A stretch of 64,000 nt of DNA from Oopsacas minuta. Its lineage: Eukaryota > Animalia > Porifera. Below, in pieces: positions 50,643 through 62,100 of the stretch. The stretch is from contig JAKMXF010000030.1 in the NCBI GenBank assembly GCA_024704765.1, forward strand, positions 1 to 64,000, written 5' to 3'. The notes below the pieces were generated by a model, which was given only the letters and a program-made list of their open reading frames with translations, ran no database searches and was not told where the DNA came from. Both the position numbers and the translations under genes were made by a program. How positions within the stretch are numbered: position 1 is the stretch's first letter; every line of letters starts with the position of its first letter.

Positions 50643-50796
50643 CAGAGCATTTAAAGTGCTCCTATTTTGAGGAGCGGGATCTGGAGCGGAGGTGGAAGCG
50701 GCGATCCAAGAATGAGTAGCGCTTAATGCTCAGGGGCCTTATTCACTAAACTACTCGAACTTAAGTATTGCTAACATTTAGTGAATAAGGCCCCTG
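50643..50796. mobile_element. Two abutting tiny inverted-repeat elements
   Basis: 50643-50733 has imperfect termini CAGAGCATTTAAAGTGCT / AGCGCTTAATGCTCAG, with a related left end at 6405. 50731-50796 has a perfect 20-bp IR CAGGGGCCTTATTCACTAAA/TTTAGTGAATAAGGCCCCTG. Confidence 0.6.
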
Positions 50797-51018
50797 ATGA
50801 CACAATTTCTAATTATATACAGGTTTAACAATTGTATTATTCGTTTTTTAACAAATGCTAGTGACTTGAAATTTGGTATGGATGTAGAATATTATTAATT
50901 TGTTGACACCTATTAATATCTGACGAAAATATGCACAACTCTCCGAGAAAAGGTGACGAATATTATCAACTAATCATGTTCGAGGATTTACCAATGGATT
51001 TATATGGGAATAGTTCAT

Positions 51019-51285
51019 ATTTAAATTGGAACTAAACCAATTAACTTGTCACCTTTAGAATAGTTATATAATCATGAATACGATAAGTGTTATCTGTGAG
51101 TATTCATGTGCCCTCTTAGAAATGACGAAGGTGTGAAAATATGATTATATTGTTTTAAAGTATAAGGTAAGGACGTTTGTTTGTTTGTTTGTTACAGAGT
51201 TAATTAAGTTAAGAGGAAATATGTAAGTATTAGAATTGTATCGCTATATATGGATAAGATTAATAGCAAACAGCTGTTTATAGTT
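51019..51285. repeat. 267-bp inverted duplicate, copy 2
   Basis: For example ATTTAAATTGGAACTAAACCAATTAACTTGTCACCTTTAG is the reverse complement of the 43824-43863 end of copy 1. Confidence 0.9.
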
Positions 51286-51760
51286 CATTTACCTGAATAA
51301 ACATCAGTAGACTCCGTATAAATGAACTACAGGCTTGTCTCCTTATTGTATTAGTACACCAAGGATAATTCCTATGTAATTGGAATTAGAATCTGTGTAG
51401 GAATATTTGAACTATGAATTTTGGAAAAATTATATTATATTTTGATAATGGCGCACTTTTGGCGGGAATTCCCGCATTTTTGCACACATCTTTAGCGCTA
51501 TTTCCAGCTCAAACGGAGCGATAAGTAGAATCGACACTCTTAAGAGAGATAGCCCCCCTGAAATACAACATCCAGTACTCGCGATCTTCTCTCCTCTGCT
51601 TGACATATATGTACATATAAATTGGACCAATTTGTTCGCCGCCCCCCGCATACTATTTCCCCGCGCAAACATCTTCCCTGGTTACCACAAATATTCACAT
51701 TTTATTAAAGTTTTGATTTCAACTCTAAAATATACAAAAAATCGAAAATATTTATTTCAA

Positions 51761-52646
51761 TCAACAACAAGCAATATCTTTATTCGATTCAGTATTAGTA
51801 CCATTTAACTTTACAATATTTTGCATTCCTTCCTGCCTACCTCGTTGTCTAGCAAAGCTCTGAGTCAATCTATTACCCATTAGTCTCAACAGCTGATTGA
51901 ACCCTTCTTTCACACCCTGTCCTGTAATCGGATTTACTTTAAAACACGCTATATTCCTTGCTACATATTTGTCCAAACACTCACTGAACATTCTTTCATT
52001 CAACTGACTCTCCTCAAATCTGTTAGCAAATAGTACAACAGCTGGATACTCAATGTCCAAATAGTAATGTCTCAAGTCCTCCTCCCAGGTCAACAGGTTA
52101 TCGAGGCTCTTTCTGTTAGAACAGTTCCAAACCAAAATCACACCATCCTTCTTTCTAAACATAAATATGGAAATAATAGTTCCAAGCTGTGGCCAAATAC
52201 CTACCCCGTAACCATGGTTACCGAGCCCTTTAGAATTTTCCCAAGAATTCAAATTATATAAAATATCAAGAGTTTCCCCTTGGGGTAAGACGTGTAACCC
52301 CGGGGGTGAATTCTCCCTTTGAGTTTGTGAATGAACCCATCAGAGGCGCCGAACCCCCCCCCTCTTACCTATAATAACTAGAAGTTAATAATCCATTACT
52401 CTCCATTCCAGAGGTATCGCTTAGTTCCACATTCATCCACACCTGCTGACCATCAACAGGTAGAGGTGCACATTTAATGACACTATCCCGAAACTCAAAG
52501 GGGTTTTTGTCTGACAGGGCCAACTCATTTCCCTGCCATATCCTCTTAAGAATTGTTGTCTTACCACTTCCAAGATCTCCTAGTGCTGTCACCTGAACTA
52601 TATTAGATTCTATTTCTTTATTGTGCATTCCATTCGTACTTACCAT
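51761..52646 (-). CDS. Divergent Rab-like small GTPase, exons 52646-52369 and 52154-51761
   Basis: G1 GDLGSGKT, G3 DTSG, LTSSYYRKKDGVILVW and a C-terminal CC. G4 and G5 are degenerate (NRFE, VNPI). Confidence 0.75.
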
Positions 52647-52821
52647 TGCTAGGAACATATTTATTGGAATAGGGAATGATGGTGCTCTTAACACCTTCCC
52701 TGTTGCCCCTAGGGGGACACAGGACCCATGCGGTAAATAATAAACAAACAAATAACAATATGATCTATAATCTCTCAATAAACTATGCTAATTGGTTTAC
52801 TAAACAAATATATTCTATTTA

Positions 52822-55594
52822 CTAAATAACAGAACTCATAGCAGATATCTTTGAGTAATCACTGTAGAATACCTACACAATACAATTGTATTTGTTTACT
52901 AAATATTCATGTAAACAATGGCAGTATTGTTTCACTAGAGGAGTGTAACCTCCGTTTGCGGGCTGCCAGAGACGTTTATGGCTGCTACACTGCACATACC
53001 AATACGGTTGTTTGGTAACTAAGGATTACCTTGAATGCTCTTGTCATATGCAGTAGAGAACTAGTACAACACATCTCTCTTATGGAGTGCATGCTCAAAG
53101 ATGGTCCACCTACATCCACACCCTTGACACCCAGTTTAGCTGATATCAGGGGGCCTACCGTGGTACCACAGGGGGTGTCATTCCGCACCACGTAGGGTTG
53201 TAACGGTACCCCTGCTCTGGTGCATACGGTCTTGAAGATACTGGAAGTAGCACCTGATGTTGAGTACCTCTGATTATGATTAATCTTTAGAACTATTCCC
53301 TAGTGAATATATTGTTTGTTTGTTTGTTTGTTTGTTTATTTACTTGTTTATAAATTTGGACCCCGTTGTCCCCACTGAGGACAATAGTACCCAGTGAATA
53401 TATTTGCATTTATGAATCTATACCTTATGAAATTCAGGTCTATGTTTCACTTCATGTTTATCACTAGAGAATAAATAACACCTAAATGTGCCGATACTGT
53501 GGATACCGGTTTTAAGAACACCCTTTGTATGTTCTTATAACCGGTATAAATATACAGGAATTTATGAGAACCGTCTTCCAGAGGATGGTGCTTATAACCG
53601 GTATATCCTGTATAACAAAGAACATACCATAGGCACCTACCTGTAGTTAGGGTGTATAGCATGAGCTTGATCACTAGACAGTAAGAATGAATTAGCTAAT
53701 GCTAGTTCGTAATCAGCTGGGTTAGGATTGGTGTTGGGACATGTAACCCTCCTTATGAGAGCTTCTAACATATTTGATAGAGCTCCTTGATAACTACCAG
53801 ACCCACATTCCTCATTATCAAATAATGCTACTACCCTAACTATAGTATCTGTATGGAGAGATGATTCACTGGCTATTAGTCCCTAAATATAAACAGATAT
53901 AAGGGTTTGTTTGTTTGTTTATGTGTTTACTAGTTTGTTCATAAGGCCTACCATCGAGGTAACGAGAGTACATATTAACCGATCACAGGTGCTGAGTTAC
54001 ACTTTAATGATGTCATAAATGCACAAGTGTCCGCCGGTATTTGTTTATCTGTTTATTGTTTACATAATCTAACCTTAACACCTGTGAAACAAGCCACCTG
54101 ATTATCCAACCTTCCTGCAAACACAAATTCCCTGTGTAATCCGCCTAAACTAGCTGGTTGTGTATCAGCCAATGAGATGTCGTAGTCCAGAATAGAATTA
54201 GGCGGGCAACCTGTCTCATTAGATAATAGGCTTAACAGGGGGTCTGTACCGGTACCTCCCAGCTGATTTTGTATCTCTTGTGTCGCCAATATTGGCAAAC
54301 TAACAAGAAATAATTTAGTCATATTCGTGAAAATATTAACAAAACAAAAAAACAAATTCCCCAATAAGGAACCCTCGATTCTGATTGGGCTAAACATTTA
54401 TCACCTTCCCTCAGAAAGGTGTGAATATTGAGGTTAGATCACACAGACACAAATTGCAAGTCTGTAACCAATTCCTCAATCGGAAAGTTGAAATTTTTGT
54501 GTATTTTAACTTTTCAAAAGTGGTTCCCAACATTTTCCACCCGTGGACCCCTTCAATGAATGAAATACAAATTTTGAGATCCTGTGGACTTCCCTGTAAC
54601 CCCAAGGGCCCCCAGGTGTGAAACCGCTACCATGCAAGAATTGTAACTAACGTATGCATTTCTTTATTTGGAGCAAATTTCTCTCTCTCCACAGAGTCCT
54701 GTAGATGAATACAGAGGGAGGAGATACGTAGAATTGGTCTCTGTACGTGTACAAGTTTATCTTTCAAATCACCATCATCTCCCTATCACAATTAATTCAA
54801 CTAACACCTTACTATTTGTTAAATAATTAAACAACACCTTGTATACAACTCTTCCTGCTATAGTCAAATCTCTGTCAAACCAAGAATGCCATATTCCACC
54901 ACCATAAGTACTAACACCTAAACAGCTGTAACCTAGCTTGCTCTGTTTACTATCCGGTTTAACCTATAATTAGCATTCCATTACATGCATGTAATCACTT
55001 GGTAACTTTCGAATCTGATAGGTCAGAAACATCTGTCACCTTTTCTCAGAAAGGTGTTACTATTTTCGAATACTTTTATAGTATGTTCATATAAATATCA
55101 CACCCCACACACACATACCAAATTTAAGCCCCCTGGGTCTTAACAGTTCCTCATAATAGTACCTTAAAGCAAGGACTATCCGTGTGTCCCGCTATAATAG
55201 CAAATCCATTACCAGATTTGTACTGTCCTCCTACACTGAATGCCACAAGGCTAGAGTTATTCCTTGCGAAGAAATACTACAGAAAATTATTGGTTAGAAT
55301 TAGGAATATGCTTATGTTTGTTGTTATTTACTTTTCCGTTAGGTTTTATATCCCAGGGATTCTTCTCTAACACCTCAGTATATCCAGCTGTTAGCAGCAT
55401 TCCACGACACTCTGCCACTACTAAAGATAAACAAACAAACAAACAAACAAACAAACAAACAAACAAACAACAAACAAACAAATAAACAAACCATGGAAAG
55501 GAGAAGGAGACGCATCGGAGAATGTCAGATATTCTTTAGCCAATGAATCTGCTTCATTTAGCTTTGACTTAATGTCAGCTGTCTGATTAGCCAT
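52822..55594 (-). CDS. DNPEP: Aspartyl aminopeptidase (M18), multi-exon
   Basis: [56 protein letters not shown] and [21 protein letters not shown]. Last exon [16 protein letters not shown]. Confidence 0.95.
53497..53610. mobile_element. pogo/Tc1-like MITE in a DNPEP intron
   Basis: TA-flanked. Termini C(T)GTGGATACCGGTT..AAGAAC and CTTATAACCGGTATATCCTG. Shares about 70 bp with the 43238 copy. Confidence 0.65.
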
Positions 55595-55724
55595 GTACTA
55601 TAAATAGAACTAAATATGCACATAAAAACTTTAATCAAATTCCTTCTATCACGCAAAAGTCGCAAATAAATGTAATCTCATAAAAATAAACAACAATAAA
55701 TATACAAATAAACAATTCGTAGTT

Positions 55725-57170
55725 CTAACAACAATTAGGTTCCTGACCATCCATCACTTGTTGCCTCTCACTTAACTCAAAACTTCCGTCACTTGGTCCC
55801 ATTTTATTTTTGCTGTCACACTTTTTGATATATCTCTCTGTAAGAATTCTACAGAATATCGCTTCTAGCTTATCGATACCTAAATATGGATACAATATTA
55901 AAAAGTACAGTAGAATATAGGTCAGGGGTTCCCAACCTGTGACCCATCGACCCCTTGGTGTCCCACAGACTATAGCAGGGGGCAAAAAATGTGTGCCGAC
56001 CTGCTAATTAGGGGTAAACAGGAACATATAATTCCATTCTGACACTTTCACATGTCTACAGGATTATTTAGTAGAATATTTTGCCTGAATAATCCAGTGT
56101 AATAAATACAATCAAATGGTGTCTGCACAGGCTGTAATTCGAAATTTGCTGTACTATATCAACGCACAACATTGGTGGCAAACATTTCCGTGTTCACTCT
56201 CCTGTTCACTCTCCTGTTCACACCTTTAGAGAATAAGACGGGTACAGTGGTGATGCCGGTTATAAGAACATCGTCAGGAATTGCATATAGATGTTCTTAT
56301 AACCGGTATGTTCTGTATGTGCACCATATCATCCTCTGGAAAACTGTTCTCATGTATTGCTACTCCCAAGGGTGTTATTATAACCGGTATCCCCCGTATA
56401 TATATACACACACTTACCCGTACCGTCCCGTGACGTCTTAACATTAGGATATTGTTTGTACTTCTCCTTACACAGATTATATTCATTATCATTCCATGAT
56501 TCATCACACTTATTAGCACATAACACTATTTGAGGAGGATCAGGATTCTGCGAATCTGTTGTGTTTGTTATGGAGATTAAGTTTTCGTTAATTTTCCTGT
56601 AAGATTCCATATCACTTAACGACCAGACCAACACGATTATGTCCCGGTTCCTAGTAATGAGATATAGGTAACACAACCATAATTACGAGGGTGAACTAAT
56701 CTACTGATTAGGTGTATGAATATTTGAGAGGAGGAGCAATAGGAGTGTCCACCGGTTAATCGGGTCACTTCTCCAGAAACAGAACTATACAAAGTGTTAA
56801 AATACTCTGCTTAATCTGGCCTGATGTGACCCGATTAAGGAGTCTACTTGAGATCCAGGAAACACAGTAAGTATACATTCCTAATACACGAAATGGTTGC
56901 TATGGAGCTAGAGAAATGTAGAGATTATACTTACCTGTATATTGAATTAGGGGAACCTCCCATTTCGAATTGTTGGTCACAAAGTCGTACCATAATGGTC
57001 TCCTTATTAGGAGGTACTCCTATACTCATCTTTCTTTCAATGAAATCAGATTTAATTGTGGGTCTCGATGCTCCATTGTCCACTTCAATGCCACTCATTT
57101 TCTGAATTAAAGAGGTTTTTCCTACCCTGCTGTTCCCGACAAATAAAATATGAGGAACATATGCTACCAT
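55725..57170 (-). CDS. Atypical Rab-like GTPase paralog A, exons 57170-56935, 56650-56418, 55879-55725
   Basis: G1 GNSRVGKT, switch I PTIKSDF, DQQF in place of DxxG, G4 NKCD and C-terminal NCC*. Splice phases are consistent. An alternative start is possible at 57194. Confidence 0.8.
56245..56396. mobile_element. pogo/Tc1-like MITE in intron 2 of Rab-like paralog A
   Basis: TA-CAGTGGTGATGCCGGTTATAAG ... TTATAACCGGTATCCCCCG-TA, with an internal perfect 17-bp inverted repeat CCGGTTATAAGAACATC/GATGTTCTTATAACCGG. Confidence 0.65.
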
Positions 57171-57518
57171 AGTTCTAGACATTCTATCGTACATACCATA
57201 ATCACATAATGGTTGTTATGAAGTTTATTGTAAGTATAACGATATAGGTTAAGGCTGTATGTTAAGGATGTGATTAATACGGACCTAACACATCACTTTG
57301 CGTCCTTCGTGGGTGCTGAATTGGCACACTAGGTGCGCGCCAAGTACCTATGTTAACCCCTAGTCTATATACTGGGAGAACCCTCAAATCTGATAGGTCG
57401 TTGAATATGAGAGCTGGTCATACAGGACAGTAAACAATAATAATAGTTATAAACATCACAAGCGAAAAATCACAAAATATATCACAATAAAATATCAAAA
57501 TAATTCCAAATAATAACA

Positions 57519-58723
57519 TCAACAACACCTAAAGTCTGGTCTAGGTATAGGGCCGATAGATACTGTGACTGAATCAGTTTGTCTCTCTTCAGAGATAATA
57601 TTGAACCTTACTGCTAGGATCTTACATAATTCAGACTCAAGGAGATTAATCCCTAAAAATAGAACTAATAAATAAGTTCATGGTACCGGTTCCCAAATTC
57701 CAGGGGTAGAGGGAGCCCTTTTGTGATCCAAGTATCTCTACAAGCACTAAACTATAAGGAACCAAATGAAACTAGTAGTATTTGGCAGCACTGTCCTTAG
57801 TCCAGTCTGATTAAGTGGAGTCTTACACATGACTTACCAGTTCCATCTCTAGCAGAAGTCTTAGCTACAAAATGGATTTTGTATTTCGCCTTACACAATT
57901 TATATTCATTATCATTTCTGGAGGCGTCACATTTATTAGCACATAACACTATATCAGGTCGGTGGTGTTTATGGCTGTCATATATATTGTAGATGGACTT
58001 TAGGTGCTCATCAATACTTCGAAAGGTTTGTGTGTCATCCATGGACCAGACCAATATTATTATGTCACTCTGTCTACAAGATGAAATAAAAGTAACTACA
58101 CTGTGCCCTCTCTAATTGTCCGATTTGACCCAATTGCCAGCTGGTGGACAATTAGAGAGGACCACTGTATAGAACATTTCGTAACTTTTATCAAAGGTTT
58201 AGATATACGTACAAGCAAGCTTCGTATTCTTGCACTGTGCAGTCAGCGAACACTACGTATGCGTGGATAAAGCAGGGATTATCTAGGTGCTAAAAGTATC
58301 AGTTCAGTAGCCATGAAGGACACAATGTGACGATCATGAGAGGGTGACATATTGACCCCTGTAATTGGTACAAGGGATCAATATGTTACCCTCCAAGACA
58401 GTCCCAACCGAAAAATCCCTGTATAAACCCTTGCCAGATCCACAAACACTATATTGTGTCAGTAGACAGTTGTTACAACTAGTATTCCACCTGAATATTG
58501 ATCGGGGGCTTGCAAACATATCAAACTGCTGATCATACAACCGAACATTAACATCCCTTCTATCCTGGCCTGAACCAATAATCAGTTGTTTATTCACATA
58601 ATCTGATTTGATTGTAGGCTTTGTGTTCTCTGTGTTTACATCATGACCGCTCAGTTTACCGATTAAGGTAGTCTTCCCTACTCCATTACAGCCGACGAAT
58701 TGTATGTAAGGAGTATAAGCCAT
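57519..58723 (-). CDS. Atypical Rab-like GTPase paralog B, exons 58723-58491, 58073-57838, 57652-57519
   Basis: G1 GCNGVGKT, PTIKSDY, DQQF, NKCD, G5 TSAR and C-terminal RCC*. Same intron positions and phases as paralog A. Confidence 0.8.
58099..58167. mobile_element. pogo/Tigger-like mini-MITE, 69 bp, in intron 1 of Rab-like paralog B
   Basis: TIRs CACTGTGCCCTCTCTAATTGTCC / GGACAATTAGAGAGGACCACTG with TA flanks. Confidence 0.7.
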
Positions 58724-58763
58724 GTGAATACTTTCTAGTTGCTATGGTAACGAAATTCCTGTA

Positions 58764-58835
58764 CAGTAGACTCTGCTTAATAGGGTCACATCGGGACCAT
58801 GAGACCATTTTGCCCCGTTTAAGCAGAGTCTACTG
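58764..58835. mobile_element. pogo/Tigger-like mini-MITE, 72 bp
   Basis: Perfect 17-bp TIR CAGTAGACTCTGCTTAA/TTAAGCAGAGTCTACTG with TA flanks. A related degenerate copy lies near 56744-56849. Confidence 0.85.
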
Positions 58836-59061
58836 TACACACACTTTCTTGAATATTAACATACGAAGTTACGTATTGTCTCTTGTACCAATTGCACCCA
58901 TAGGTTAGGGACTTAACACCTTTCAATAATTTCACCCCTGGGGGCGAGTCAGAGGTCAAATAACCAACATGGTCCTATCCTTATCATACCAAAGTTTCTT
59001 ATAAGAAATTCAGTCCGTAAGGGTTGAAGGGGATTGGAAAATTGCAAAGTATAAACAGTGC

Positions 59062-59110
59062 AAATAAACAACAATAAACAACAATAAACAACAATAAACA
59101 ACAATAAACA
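59062..59110. repeat. 10-bp tandem repeat (AATAAACAAC), about 5 copies, downstream of the aGPCR stop
   Basis: Direct reading of the sequence. Confidence 0.9.
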
Positions 59111-59154
59111 ATTCAAAAATGTAATCAGAGCCCTTAGGTGTTAAATATTCACAT

Positions 59155-62100
59155 CTAATCTACAAAACTATCATCTTGTACAGGAGTGTTTTCCTTTAGT
59201 TCCGGTTCTGGTTCCTGATCAGTTGTTAAATCAGGAATATTGACGTATTCTGGGTCTTTTGATTTCTTATTAACCTGACTGTAAATGGGCTCAGGTTGTG
59301 TACCCTCTGTTCCTGTTGTTTGTTTGTCAGATAGGTTGGAGTAAGATGGTTCTATTAATAGTAACGTTAATTATAAATTAGTTTCTGTATATAGTTCCTA
59401 ATTAATTAACGAATTAGAGAAACAAAAAATGCAAAAAGAAAGAGAAAATTCCGCGAACTTAGAAAATTTTGGCGGGAAAATCATATCCCCGCTCAAATGC
59501 AGAATTCACCCGCTTCCTTGATGCCTAGATAAATGTTAATATGCTATTTCCCGCTTAAAACCATATACCCACTGGAGATGAGGTGTTAGTTTCAATACTT
59601 ACTTACCTTCATTAGTGATTTCATCTTGAGTTGGGAGAGCTACAAATCCTTCTTTTGTCCTAGCCTGTTTGGGTATCGGTTGAGGAAAATCCCCTATTTA
59701 CATACATCAATAATGCAAACGTAAAGGGGTACATGGGTACAAATTGGACCCCTACACCCTGGTTACGAACAAATATACAAATATGCAACTTACCAACAGA
59801 AGACCTTGGAGATCTGGTGTCTCCTATTTCCATGCTATCTCCTAATGACTTCCTCATGCCTGATTCTACATATGAATCAGTTGTCCGTTGTTTTTTCAAA
59901 CTATATTTGGAAGAAAGTCTGCCCTGTGAACTGACATCGGTTTTGTCACCTCGTCTGAGTGTAAACATCCATTTTGTGAATCTTCCAGATCTCAGAGATT
60001 TCCTTATCTCATTATTCCGCAGAACTAACAGGAAGAAAAATAATATCCCATTCGACGCATTCAAGAACACAAACATCCATTCGATAATAATACTATAAGC
60101 AGATACACCGAACGTAAACAATAACAACAACAACCAGGGGGTGTTTAAGACTGGTAACATGATAGCAGCACTCAATAGGGAGACTCGGAGCCCACGTAAT
60201 CGATCCTTATCGAAACTAGACATGGACATGAATATCTTAACGGTACTCATAACTAATAGGATCATATTAACAAGGAGGATAATCAAGATTGGACCGATAA
60301 ATGACCAAATTAATCCTCTCTCCTGTGACAACCAACAGTGATCCTCCCCTATGCGTATATAGTATGCGTTAGCTGTCCCAGCTGTGATGGCCACTACGAC
60401 AATAGGTGACCCCCAACCGAGGAACATCAGATACCAAGAAATCCTCCTCTCACTAAAAACGAAAAATATCTTATAGAAGAGCATAATAGCAATACACATA
60501 CTCCAAGCGAATACAGCCAGCCACGTGTAGTGCATAAGGACAGTAACTACGAAACACCCTGGGTGGCTGTTAGTAGCCGTCTGTATACCGAAAATAAACG
60601 TCCCCGTAGCGAGGAATAACGCGATGGCATAGTTAAAGTGTACGATGTTTCCTTCTACACGAAGTGTCAACTTATATGTAATCACATAGAGGATTATTGC
60701 TATTGTGAGGAGAATTAGGGAAATACTTAAGAGGAGATACGTCACCACCGACAGAGCCAAATTTTGTTCCCTAGTGAGACCAGCATCGAAGGGACGAACC
60801 AAGACACCGAAGCTGGTGAAATGATTGGTCTCACAGTTCACACCTGTTGGCGTTACATGTGTCAGTATGCCACTTGTGTCCCATTTATTTAGTGTCGTAT
60901 TGAAGAAGACACATTCTTGGTTCATGCCAGAGGATTTGTTAAACATAATCGTAGCTGAAATATCCTCATTTCCGGTGTTAAGATTAAAATTATGAATCTT
61001 ATCAGAGAAAATGACGTCATTTGAAGAACCTGTGTCCTCTGGGGTAAGAAGAGGATTATCTATTTGTACATGAGACAACATTCTTGGAGAATTAACACTT
61101 AGCATCAAAGGCCCTAACTCGATCTCCCCTGATTCTAATCTCATTACGGTTAAGTGTAAATTGTCCGATTCCAGAAATGTAGATTCCATAGGAGCCGTAT
61201 CCCTCTTAACATTGCTATTATATGTGAATTCAGTGTATAAGATGGAGAGAACATCGATTATACGAAGGAAATCTGCGTAGTTCTTTGAGGGAGAGACCGA
61301 TTGTCCTTCGTTAGGAAGGATACCTGTCTCCCAGAGGAGCGATCCTGCCTTAATTGCATCTTGGAAATAGGATTGATCGATATTAACAGACTCATTGGCT
61401 TGTTTAACACTTTCTAGAGATCTGGACAGAGATTCTACTAGAATGCTAGTTTGTGTGGGAGTTATGCTAGTTTCATTTGGTTCCTTATTGTTTAGTGCTT
61501 GTAGAGATACTTCCAATATTATCACTGCATCCTGTATTTCTGGGAGATCTTTATAAGGATCTATAAGTGTTAGATTATAGAAATTATTCTTGGAAAGATA
61601 GGGGAACTTTCCTTACGGTAACATAACGATAATTTGAGTTCAATGCTATAGGCAGTGCTGCCAAGTCTCCGTAAAATTGACTGCTATCTCGTATCTACGT
61701 ATTTCTAGCTTACATGTACGTGTAATACTTTTTGTTAACGATGAAGGTTAATATTAAAAATTCCTCAATGTTTGTACCGACCTCAGATATGTACGAGTTA
61801 TTTCTCAAAGAATGTATGTATGTATGATATCAAATAGTTCTTTGATAGTTTGTCGCATGCTGATAGTCATTATAGCTTATTGTTTACAAACGCGAAAGTG
61901 ATTATTTACAAAAATTTGTTAGCTAATGGCATTTGTAAAGCAAATTAAGGCCTGTTGGGGGTCATTAGGGGTTTTAAAATGCTCCGTAAAAATTTGGTTC
62001 CCACGTAAATTTTCTGAATTCACTTGGCAGCACTGTTTGAGCCTCACGGTCTGTATTTTGTGACCTTCATGGCTGCCGAACTGACACTCCTAGTCTTAAG

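Noticed and set aside
55922-55985. CAGGGGTTCCCAACC hAT-like terminus and the N-terminal part of ORF 55725-55985
   Set aside because: Only one TIR-like end was found, so it is not reported as an element. The ORF's 5' part is intronic and only 55879-55725 is the real last exon of Rab-like paralog A.
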